The position numbers and the translations under genes are program-made. From an uncultured bacterium (GTDB lineage Bacteria; Patescibacteriota; Minisyncoccia; Moranbacterales; UBA2206), in contig CAIKZD010000017.1 of NCBI GenBank assembly GCA_903831805.1, forward strand, positions 12,358-76,357: a stretch of 64,000 bases of DNA, read 5' to 3'. The notes below the pieces were generated by a model, which saw only the letters and a program-made list of their open reading frames with translations, did no database searches and had not been told where the DNA came from. Below, piece by piece: positions 26,787-35,376 of the stretch (the first letter of the stretch is position 1; each line of letters opens with the position of its first letter).

Positions 26787-29700
26787 TTAATATTCCGTCA
26801 CATACACCTTCCCATCTCCAATAATTGTTTGGATTTTTTCGGGAAGACTGGCGACGTTTTTCACGCAATAGGGCGTTTCGATTTTTTTGCCGCCGATGTT
26901 GAGATATACTTTAGTCGAGCCGAGATCACAGCGGTCAAAAAGCGCGGAGAGTTCTTTCAGCGTGGTTTGCGAGAAGGCGGCGGGAAGAGAGATGGTGATG
27001 CGCGGTTTTGGCTCGACCGGAGAAATATTTTTTGTATCAATAGTTCTAGAATCTTCCACAGAAGATTCTTTTTTTTGAGGAATATGGGCCGGGGCGGGAA
27101 TGTGGCCGTTGGTTTTTTGGGTGTGGAGGATGCGGGTGAAGTTTTCCATTTCGGCCGGTGTGACGGCTTTCACGCTGTCGGCCAAAAGTTTGAACTCGCC
27201 GTCTTTATTGGACAGTTTGCCGGTGGCGAGGATAATGCGGTCTGCCACCCAGATCGAGCCGGTGGCTTCCAGGGTTTTCGGGAAGACCAGAATCTCCATG
27301 CGCGCATCCATATCTTCTACGGTGACAAAAGCCATCATTTTTTGGTTTTTGAGATAGATTTTTTTGATGGCTGAAATGATGCCACCGATGGAAATGTTCT
27401 GATTGACATGTTCTGGTCCCACGCTCCGAATTGGCACGGCCATTTTGGAAAAGTATTCCATATATTCTTTGACCGGATGATCACTGATATACAGACCCAA
27501 TAATTCTTTTTCCCAAGTGAGACGATCCTTTTTTTCGGCCGGGGGCACGGTGGCCAATCTGATTTCCGGCAGTTTCACTTCTTCCAAGCTGAACAAACTG
27601 CCTTGGTTGGTGCCGGTCAAGCGGTCCAGATTTTTGCTGTGAGTGATGATGTTCTCGATGGAGGCGATGATGGCGTTCCGCTCGGCGAAAAGGTCGAGGG
27701 CCCCAACTTTGGCCAGGGCTTCGATGGATTTTTTGTTCAAATCTTTGTGGCGCACCCGTTCGATGAACTGCGTGAAGCTTTGGAATTTTCCGCCCCGTTT
27801 TCTTTCGGCCACAACTTCATGGGCGATGGTGTGGCCGACATTTTTGACAGCGTTCAAGCCGAAGCGGATTTTGACCGTTTTGTTTTCGGCGTCGTTGATG
27901 ACGGAAAATTCTTCAAAACTTTCATTGATGTCGGGCGGCAAAACTTCAATGCCCATTTCGCGGCACTCCGCCACTTCGATGGCCACGCGGTCGATGTTGT
28001 CTTGGTCGGAAGTGAGGAGAGCGGCCATAAATTCGGCGGGGAAGTGGGCTTTCAAGTAAGCCGTTTGATAGCCGACCATGGCATAACAAGCCGCATGACT
28101 TCGATTAAAACCATATCCGGCGAATGGTTCGATGTAAGCGAAAACTTTTTCCGCTACGGCCCCGGAAATGTTTTGTCTGATGCAGCCGTCGATGAATTTG
28201 GTTTTTTGCTCTTGAATCAAAGCGAACACTTTTTTGCCCATGGCTTTTCTGAGCACATCCGCTTCACCAAGCGAGAAGCCGGCCAGTTGTTGGGCGATCT
28301 GCATGACTTGTTCTTGATAGACCGCTACACCATAAGTTTTTTCCAGGATCGGTTTCAATTTCGGATGGAGATATTCGATGCGCCGTTCGCCGTGTTTTCG
28401 CGCGATGAAGTCCGGGATCCAATCCATCGGGCCGGGACGATAGAGGGCTACCATAGCGATGATGTCTTCGAAGACGTTAGGCTTCAAAAGTTTCAAATAT
28501 CTTTTCATGCCGGAACTTTCCAGCTGAAAAACGCCGGTAGTGCGGGCTTCCTGCAGCAGTTTGAAAGTTTTTTTGTCATCTTCCGGAATGTCGTTCACAT
28601 CCAGTTCGATGTCTCGGATTTTTTTCACGATGCGAAGGGTATTTTGGATGATGGTGAGATTTTTCAAACCTAAAAAGTCCATCTTAAGGAGGCCAATTTT
28701 TTCGATGAAGCTGGATTTGGTGGAAGAAGAATATTGCGTCACCATGCCGGATTCTTTGCCGATAATCTTTTGTAGGGGAGTGTATTCCATGACCGGTTCT
28801 TTGGTGATGACTACGCCGCAAGCGTGCATGGAAGCATGGCGCGCCACGCCTTCCAAGCGCGCGGCCGAGTCGATCAATTTTTTGCCGTTCGGGTCGTTAG
28901 CCCGCAAGTCGGAAAATTCTTTCACGTTTTCTAGTGCTTCGGCAATGTTGGAAAACATCGGAATGAGTTTGGCGGTGTGATCGCAAAAATCATAGGGAAG
29001 ACCGAGCGCACGGCCGGCGTCCCGGATAGCGGCTCTAGCAGCCATGGTTCCGAAGGTGATGATTTGGGCCACATGATCGTCGCCATATTTTTCGCGCACA
29101 TAAGCCAACACTTCATCACGCCGGTCGTCGGCAAAATCCATATCCACATCGGGCATGGAAATTCTTTCCGGGTTGAGAAAACGTTCGAAAAGCAGATCAT
29201 ATTTGATCGGGTCAATGTTAGTGATGCCGATAAGATAACTCACGAAACTACCGGCCGCACTGCCACGTCCCGGGCCGACCACAATGCCCTGCGCGCGGGC
29301 CCAATTGACGAAATCGGCCACAATGAGAAAGTAGGAAGCGTAGCCGGTTTTCTTGATGATGTCCAGCTCATAAGCCATTCTGGTTTTATGCGTCTCCGTG
29401 ACAGCGCCAGCAAATCTTTTTTGCAAACCTTCCTCGGTCATTTGCAAAAGATAGGTTTCGGCGGTGAAACCTTCCGGCACATCATAGTGCGGCAACTGAG
29501 TCTCGCCGAGCTTAATTTCCACGTTGCATTTCGCAACCACCTCCTGGGTGTTGGCCAGGGCTTCCGGCACATCCTTGAAATGTTCGGCCATCTCTTCCGG
29601 ACTTTTGAGATAGAGTTCGAAATCCATCAGATTCATGCGATTGGTTTCCGTCACTTTGCGGTTGGTCTGGATGCACAGGAGAATATCCTGGATTTCGTTA

Positions 29701-30356
29701 TCTTCTTTTTTGACATAGTGGATATCATTAGTGGCCACGATCGGAATGCCGGTTTTTTTGGAAATTTCAATGAGCGCTTCATTGGCGATGGCTTGATTGG
29801 GAAATTTGGGATGATGCTGGATTTCTAAATAGAAATTGCCCACGCCGAAAATATCTTGATATTCCAGCGCCAGTTTTTCCGCTTTTTCCAGCCCGCTTTT
29901 CACCGCGGCGGAGGGCACTTCGCCTTCCACACAGGCGCTGAGGCCGATGAGTCCGTCGGAATATTGCCGCAACAGTTCACGGTTGATGCGCGGCTTGTAG
30001 TAGAAGCCGTCGATATGGGCAAAAGTGATGAGTTTCATCAAATTTTTATAACCAATTTCATTTTTGGCGAGGAGGATTAAATGGAAACGCGTGCGGTCTT
30101 CGGTGGTGTTGTTTTTGCTTTTATAATCACCGGCGGTGAGATACATCTCGCAACCGATGAGAGGCTTGATGCCGCGCGCTTTGGCTTTGATGAAAAATTC
30201 CACCGCGCCATATAGCACGCCGTGATCGGTGATGGCTAGGGAATCCATCCCGAGCTCTTTGGCGCGATCAAGAATGTCGTCAATCTTAGCTAGGCCGTCT
30301 AATAAAGAGTAGTGGGTGTGGACGTGGAGATGTGTAAATTTTGGAGTGGTGGACAT
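26787..30356 (-). CDS. dnaE: DNA polymerase III alpha subunit
   Basis: N-terminal PHP domain (HLHVHTHYSLLDG...ITDHG), then polymerase core, OB fold and a C-terminal extension. Confidence 0.9.
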   Translation of the reverse strand: MSTTPKFTHLHVHTHYSLLDGLAKIDDILDRAKELGMDSLAITDHGVLYGAVEFFIKAKARGIKPLIGCEMYLTAGDYKSKNNTTEDRTRFHLILLAKNEIGYKNLMKLITFAHIDGFYYKPRINRELLRQYSDGLIGLSACVEGEVPSAAVKSGLEKAEKLALEYQDIFGVGNFYLEIQHHPKFPNQAIANEALIEISKKTGIPIVATNDIHYVKKEDNEIQDILLCIQTNRKVTETNRMNLMDFELYLKSPEEMAEHFKDVPEALANTQEVVAKCNVEIKLGETQLPHYDVPEGFTAETYLLQMTEEGLQKRFAGAVTETHKTRMAYELDIIKKTGYASYFLIVADFVNWARAQGIVVGPGRGSAAGSFVSYLIGITNIDPIKYDLLFERFLNPERISMPDVDMDFADDRRDEVLAYVREKYGDDHVAQIITFGTMAARAAIRDAGRALGLPYDFCDHTAKLIPMFSNIAEALENVKEFSDLRANDPNGKKLIDSAARLEGVARHASMHACGVVITKEPVMEYTPLQKIIGKESGMVTQYSSSTKSSFIEKIGLLKMDFLGLKNLTIIQNTLRIVKKIRDIELDVNDIPEDDKKTFKLLQEARTTGVFQLESSGMKRYLKLLKPNVFEDIIAMVALYRPGPMDWIPDFIARKHGERRIEYLHPKLKPILEKTYGVAVYQEQVMQIAQQLAGFSLGEADVLRKAMGKKVFALIQEQKTKFIDGCIRQNISGAVAEKVFAYIEPFAGYGFNRSHAACYAMVGYQTAYLKAHFPAEFMAALLTSDQDNIDRVAIEVAECREMGIEVLPPDINESFEEFSVINDAENKTVKIRFGLNAVKNVGHTIAHEVVAERKRGGKFQSFTQFIERVRHKDLNKKSIEALAKVGALDLFAERNAIIASIENIITHSKNLDRLTGTNQGSLFSLEEVKLPEIRLATVPPAEKKDRLTWEKELLGLYISDHPVKEYMEYFSKMAVPIRSVGPEHVNQNISIGGIISAIKKIYLKNQKMMAFVTVEDMDARMEILVFPKTLEATGSIWVADRIILATGKLSNKDGEFKLLADSVKAVTPAEMENFTRILHTQKTNGHIPAPAHIPQKKESSVEDSRTIDTKNISPVEPKPRITISLPAAFSQTTLKELSALFDRCDLGSTKVYLNIGGKKIETPYCVKNVASLPEKIQTIIGDGKVYVTEY

Positions 30357-30376
30357 AAAAATTTAGTTTGTTTAAG

Positions 30377-30419
30377 AATTTTCAATAATCAATTTACAAT
30401 TTTCATTCAATAATCAATA
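30377..30419. repeat. 43-bp AT-rich repeat AATTTTCAATAATCAATTTACAATTTTCATTCAATAATCAAT (copy 1)
   Basis: Identical to 63628..63670; extended flanks are similar; lies in the dnaE/rnhB divergent promoter region. Confidence 0.8.
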
Positions 30420-30869
30420 TTTAATATTCAATTTCGTAATTTTTAAATTAAAAAATTTAAGACATTTATTGAAGATTGATTATTGATCATTGGAAATTGG
30501 AGACAATAAAAACTACCCCAGAGAAGTAGCTTTAAATATTACGCATGATGATACAGTATTTTCCATCTTTTTTATTATCCCCTTAATCCGGATTGCTCCA
30601 TGGATGCGGCAGGATGATTATGAATCCAGTATAGCACAGAGTGTTTTCCATAACAAAAAAGAACCTGGCTATAGTTCCAGATCTTTTTTGTTTTCTTTAA
30701 TATACAGGCCTATATTTATTTCCCGCTTATATGATAAGATGGAAACAATAAACGAAAGAACTATAAAAACACAAAGTTTATTATCTCAAAAAACCATGAA
30801 CATGTCAACCCTGTTAAATAAGTGAGTAAAAATGGGGGCTTGAAATTTTGTAGCTATTTAAATAATGTA

Positions 30870-31658
30870 ATGCCAATAATCATTATGGGGAAAAATTTAA
30901 CAGGGTCAATAGTTGAATTATTCGAGGAAGAAAGGGCTTTTTTTGCCCAAGGATATGATGCAGTTGTCGGAATTGATGAGGCGGGAAGAGGACCATTAGC
31001 CGGACCTGTCGTAGCTGCCGCTACAACAGTCCGGAATTTCCAATTTCTAATTTCCAATTTCCAAACAAATCCTAATGATCAAATTTCTAATGACAAAGAT
31101 TTTTTCAAAAAATTAAATCTCATCAAAGATTCTAAAAAACTTTCAGAGAAGCAGCGCGAGATGTTATATGATTTCATCCAAGAAAATTTCTATGTCGGAG
31201 TGGGGATTTGCGATCACTTGACCATTGATCGAATAAATATTCTGGAAGCGACGTATTTGGCGATGAAGAGCGCGGTGAGTGAACTCACGCGAATCATGAA
31301 CCATGAATCACGAATCATGAATGAAAAAAACATAATTCATAATTCAAAATTCATAATTCTGGTGGATGGCAATAAAGAAATTCCCAATCTTTCCATTGAC
31401 CAAAAAGCGATCGTGGGCGGGGATGGCTTGGTGAAATCGATTGCGGCAGCGTCCATCATTGCCAAGGTGACGCGGGATCGAATGATGAAAGAGGCACACG
31501 GAAAATATCCGCAGTATAATTTTTTGCAGCACAAAGGTTACGGCACTAAGATTCACATGGATGCGCTCAAAAAATTCGGTCCGTGCGAGATCCATCGCCG
31601 CAGTTTCCGGCCGGTGAGAGATGTGCTGGATATGTATCGCTCAACTATCAGCAATTAG
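30870..31658 (+). CDS. rnhB: ribonuclease HII with two in-frame AT-rich repeat insertions
   Basis: DAVVGIDEAGRGPLAGPVVAAA and C-terminal motifs. The start could alternatively be the Met at 30885. Confidence 0.8.
   Translation: MPIIIMGKNLTGSIVELFEEERAFFAQGYDAVVGIDEAGRGPLAGPVVAAATTVRNFQFLISNFQTNPNDQISNDKDFFKKLNLIKDSKKLSEKQREMLYDFIQENFYVGVGICDHLTIDRINILEATYLAMKSAVSELTRIMNHESRIMNEKNIIHNSKFIILVDGNKEIPNLSIDQKAIVGGDGLVKSIAAASIIAKVTRDRMMKEAHGKYPQYNFLQHKGYGTKIHMDALKKFGPCEIHRRSFRPVRDVLDMYRSTISN
31033..31098. repeat. AT-rich TTCCAATTTC/TCTAAT repeat inserted in frame in rnhB
   Basis: GGAATTTCCAATTTCTAATTTCCAATTTCCAAACAAATCC..., encoding RNFQFLISNFQTNPNDQISNDKDFF. Confidence 0.55.
31290..31359. repeat. 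AT-rich GAATCATGAA/ATAATTCA repeat inserted in frame in rnhB
   Basis: CGAATCATGAACCATGAATCACGAATCATGAATG...CATAATTCATAATTCAAAATTCATAATTC, encoding RIMNHESRIMNEKNIIHNSKFIIL. Confidence 0.55.
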
Positions 31659-31712
31659 CCAACAGCGGCCGAATGGCTTGATTTTAAGCGGTATTTGGAG
31701 TAAGCTGGAAGT

Positions 31713-33425
31713 ATGAAAGAACAAATTAAACAACTTTTGGAAAACGCTATCGTGGAGCTCAAAAACCAAGAAAAATGGCCTGATTTTGATGCATTTGAAA
31801 TCGAAGTGGATTATCCGAAAAACGAAGCTTTTGGCGATTTCACGACGAACGTGGCAATGAATCTGGGACGAAGCCTCAAAAAAAATCCGGCGGAAGTGGC
31901 CAAGGCTTTGTCATTAGTCATTGGTCAACAGTCACTAGCGAAAGATATTTTTGATAAAGTTGAAGTGGTGGCGCCGGGGTATATCAATTTCTATTTTTCC
32001 AAAAAATATTTGCAAGACAAGGTGGCGGAGATTAATGAGAAGAGAGAAAAATTCGGTGATTTTGAGAGCAAGGAAAAAGCTATGGTGGAATATTCTCAGC
32101 CGAATACGCACAAGGAATTCCATGTCGGGCATCTACGCAATGTCATTATTGGGAGCACATTGGTGGAAGTTTTAAAAAAAGCCGGACAAGTTGTGACGGC
32201 TGCCAATTATATCGGCGATACCGGCACGCATGTGGCCAAATGTTTGTGGTCGCTCGAAAAATTTTACAGCGAAAAAGATTTGGACGCAGCTGAGAACAAG
32301 GCGGAATTTTTAGGCAAAGCTTATTCCCGCGCGGCGGAGGAAATAGAAAATAATAAAGAATATGAAACAGAATTTAAAGCTTTGCAAAAAGAATTTGAAG
32401 GTGGAGATGAAAAACTCACGCGTCTATGGCAAAAAACCCGACAATGGAGTCTGGATGAATTTATGCGGATTTATGATAAGCTAGGAGTGCATTTTGATGT
32501 TTTTTTCTATGAAAGCGAGGAAGAAATTGAAGGCAAAAAAATGTTGCCAGAACTGCTTAAATCAGGCGTGATAAAAAAAAGTGAGGGAGCCATCATCGCT
32601 GACTTAGAACAATATGGTTTGGGCGTCTTGGTCTTGCAGCGCAGTGATGGGGCGGCGCTTTATGGCCTTAAGGACATTCCTTTGGCCATTAAAAAGTTTG
32701 AAGAATATCAGATAGAAAGAAGTGTGTATGTGGTGGATGTCAGACAGAGCCTCTATTTTGATCAGTTGTTTAAAATTCTTTCAGAAATCGGTTTCAAAAA
32801 AGAGATGGCGCACGTCGGTTACGATTTTGTGACGCTCAAGGATGGGGAAGGCATGTCTTCGCGTAAAGGCAATATCGTGCCGGCTAATTTTCTCATGGCA
32901 CAAGTTGAAAGCAGGGTAAGAGAGAAATTTTCCAACGCGCCGAGCCCGGAAGGCATCTCGCTGGGTGCGATAAAGTTTTTCATGCTCAAATATTCTTCTA
33001 AAAGCAAAATAGAGTTTGATATCGACGAGTCAGTGCGATTGGAAGGTTCGACGGGGCCGTATGTGCAATACGCGCATGCTCGCATCTGTAGTATCTTAGG
33101 CAAAGCGGCGGAGCAGGGTATCGACGTGGCCGGAGGAGCGGATTTAACTGAACTTGTCCACGAAAAAGAACTGATGCTGATCCGCGAATTGGATAAATTC
33201 CCACTCCTGGTGGCGGAAACGGCCAAGACTTATGAGGTGCATAAATTACCGTATTATGCCATCCGACTGGCTGATAAGTTCCATTCGTTCTATAATGACT
33301 TGAAGGTCATTGACGCGGATAATCTGGCAGTGACCAAGGCCAGACTGAAATTAATTGAAGCGGTTAAAATAGTATTGCAAGAGACATTGCGCCTCATCGG
33401 CGTTTCGGCGCCGGATAGGATGTAA
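31713..33425 (+). CDS. argS: arginyl-tRNA synthetase
   Basis: Class I HVGHLRN motif and DALR anticodon-binding domain. Confidence 0.9.
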   Translation: MKEQIKQLLENAIVELKNQEKWPDFDAFEIEVDYPKNEAFGDFTTNVAMNLGRSLKKNPAEVAKALSLVIGQQSLAKDIFDKVEVVAPGYINFYFSKKYLQDKVAEINEKREKFGDFESKEKAMVEYSQPNTHKEFHVGHLRNVIIGSTLVEVLKKAGQVVTAANYIGDTGTHVAKCLWSLEKFYSEKDLDAAENKAEFLGKAYSRAAEEIENNKEYETEFKALQKEFEGGDEKLTRLWQKTRQWSLDEFMRIYDKLGVHFDVFFYESEEEIEGKKMLPELLKSGVIKKSEGAIIADLEQYGLGVLVLQRSDGAALYGLKDIPLAIKKFEEYQIERSVYVVDVRQSLYFDQLFKILSEIGFKKEMAHVGYDFVTLKDGEGMSSRKGNIVPANFLMAQVESRVREKFSNAPSPEGISLGAIKFFMLKYSSKSKIEFDIDESVRLEGSTGPYVQYAHARICSILGKAAEQGIDVAGGADLTELVHEKELMLIRELDKFPLLVAETAKTYEVHKLPYYAIRLADKFHSFYNDLKVIDADNLAVTKARLKLIEAVKIVLQETLRLIGVSAPDRM

Positions 33426-33442
33426 ATATTAGCAAAAAAAAT

Positions 33443-34609
33443 ATGAAAATAGGCATAGACGCACGCACCATTTTAAATCCCGAGAAAGGAGAGGCTATCG
33501 GAGTCGGACATTACACATACCAGTTGATCCGCCACTTGCTGGCTATCGATAAAGAGAACGAATACGTTTTGTTTTTCGATTTTCGCGTGCGAGAAAAAGA
33601 CGTCAAGAAATTTGCACAGTCGAACGTGAAAATTAAATTCTATCCTTTTTCCGATTACAAAAAATATATGCCAGGGGCCTATAATGAAATTTTAGGGATG
33701 GCCACCTTGCTCCGTGAAAATTTGGATATTGTCCATTCGACGTCCCCGATGAGCCGCATCCCCGTGAGCTATCGCGGGAAAACCGTGGTGACAGTGCATG
33801 ATCTGGCCGTCTACAAGGTACCGGACGTTTTTCCGCAGCTGAAACGGACGAAAATCAGGACGACCACTAATTTGATGGTCAGTCACGCGGACATGATTAT
33901 CGCCGCTTCACAGTCGACCAAGAATGATATAGTGGATATTTTTGAAGCCAAGGAAGAGAAGATTAAAGTCATTTACAGCGGATTTGATAAACGGATGAGT
34001 GAAGAATCGAAAATGTCCCGGGGCGTGGTGTTGGAGAAATATGATATCGGCAAAGATAAAAAATATATCCTGTTCCTTGGAACGATCGAGCCGATCAAAA
34101 ACATCACGCGCTTGTTTGAGGCTTTCAAAAAATTTAAGGAAGACAGTATTAAAGAAAGTGGGAAATGCAATCATAAATTGGTAATGTCCGGCAAAAATGG
34201 TTGGTTGGCGCAGGAATATCGCCAGATTGCCAAGGATTTAGGCTTGGCCAAAGATGTAATTTTCACCGGTTATGTTATTGGTGATGAGTTGGTGCCGCTG
34301 TTCAAGAACGCCGATTTTTTTGTGATGCCGTCGCTCTACGAAGGATTTGGTATGACCGTGCTGGAAGCTTTTGCCACCGGCACGCCAGCCATCTTGAGCA
34401 ACGTTTCTTCCATTCCGGAGGTGGCGGGGGACGCCGCGCTTTTGGTCAATCCTTTGAAGACTGAGGAGATTGCGGAAGCCATGAAACTTTTTGCCCAAGA
34501 CGAAAACTTGAAAAACGCTTATCGTGCCAAAGGACTCGCGCAAGTGGAAAAATTCAATTGGGAAAAGTGTGCGCGCGAAACACTGGAAGTGTATAAGAGT
34601 CTGAAGTAG
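33443..34609 (+). CDS. glycosyltransferase family 4 (GT1 fold)
   Basis: [36 protein letters not shown]. Confidence 0.75.
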   Translation: MKIGIDARTILNPEKGEAIGVGHYTYQLIRHLLAIDKENEYVLFFDFRVREKDVKKFAQSNVKIKFYPFSDYKKYMPGAYNEILGMATLLRENLDIVHSTSPMSRIPVSYRGKTVVTVHDLAVYKVPDVFPQLKRTKIRTTTNLMVSHADMIIAASQSTKNDIVDIFEAKEEKIKVIYSGFDKRMSEESKMSRGVVLEKYDIGKDKKYILFLGTIEPIKNITRLFEAFKKFKEDSIKESGKCNHKLVMSGKNGWLAQEYRQIAKDLGLAKDVIFTGYVIGDELVPLFKNADFFVMPSLYEGFGMTVLEAFATGTPAILSNVSSIPEVAGDAALLVNPLKTEEIAEAMKLFAQDENLKNAYRAKGLAQVEKFNWEKCARETLEVYKSLK

Positions 34610-34617
34610 AAATTTTT

Positions 34618-34923
34618 ATGTTTGAATCAATTTCCAATGCCGAAGCGAAACAATTGATTGCGGAAAAAAAAGACAACGCAAAATTTTCCATCCTGGATGT
34701 GCGGACGCCGGAAGAATTTCAAGGTGGCGCCATAGCCGGCGCGAAAAATATCAATATCTATGAACCGGATTTTCGAGCCAAGTTAAACGCGCTGGACAAG
34801 GAAGGATCTTATCTGGTATATTGCAGGAGTGGCGCGCGTTCCAAGGCGGCAGCGAAAATTATGCAGCAACTCGATTTTTCTGAAGTGTACGAAATTGACA
34901 ATGGTTTTACGAATTTTCAATGA
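34618..34923 (+). CDS. rhodanese-domain sulfurtransferase (single domain)
   Basis: Catalytic loop YCRSGARS. Confidence 0.75.
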   Translation: MFESISNAEAKQLIAEKKDNAKFSILDVRTPEEFQGGAIAGAKNINIYEPDFRAKLNALDKEGSYLVYCRSGARSKAAAKIMQQLDFSEVYEIDNGFTNFQ

Positions 34924-34959
34924 TATAAAAGCGTTTGAGGGACTATCCATCCCGATGCT

Positions 34960-35205
34960 TTCGGAAAGAAATCCTTTTTTAAGGAGAGTAGACTCTGACG
35001 GGTTCCGCTTCAGCGGCGGATGAAGGCCCGTAATAGCCGTTTCAGAGGGTTGATTAGTTGAATAGTTTATTAGTTGATTAGGAAAGAAGCCTAATTAACC
35101 AATAAACTAAGTGACTAATTAACTAAATTAAGGTGGTACCGCGATTAAAGTCGCCCTTAAACGTAAGTTTTTGGGTGTTTTTTTATTTTTAATATACACA
35201 ATTAA
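34960..35205 (+). promoter_or_regulatory. T-box riboswitch leader of ileS
   Basis: Canonical T-box sequence AAATTAAGGTGGTACCGCG at 35126..35143, followed by hairpin CCCTTAAAC...GTTTTTGGGTGTTTTTTTATTTTT (terminator). Upstream are a stem-I-like nested hairpin and a long imperfect inverted repeat. Confidence 0.6.
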
Positions 35206-35219
35206 ACATTTAATTTATC

Positions 35220-35367
35220 CGTCATCCTGAGCGGAGTGAGCCCGCTTCAGCGGGGGAACGAAGTCGAAGGATCTACTTACATTACCTCAGGCTTATTGAT
35301 TTATAAAAAAGCCAGTGGTAACGCAAAATAGATTCTTCGACTTCGCTACGCTCCGCTCAGAATGACG
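35220..35367. repeat. MITE-like element family 1 copy, inserted between the ileS T-box terminator and the ileS start codon
   Basis: CGTCATCCTGAGCGGAGTGAGC...GTCGAAGGATCTAC ... TAGATTCTTCGACTTCGCTACGCTCCGCTCAGAATGACG. Confidence 0.75.
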
Positions 35368-35376
35368 ACTTATACT

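Noticed and set aside
27603-29828. Long plus-strand ORFs (356 aa and 283 aa) in the ORF track
   Set aside because: Both lie entirely antisense to the well-supported dnaE gene and have no recognisable protein features; they are typical shadow ORFs.
30490-30825. 111-aa plus-strand ORF in the dnaE-rnhB spacer
   Set aside because: It spans an AT-rich repeat and promoter region, has no SD, and has a low-complexity translation; the rnhB start just downstream fits much better.
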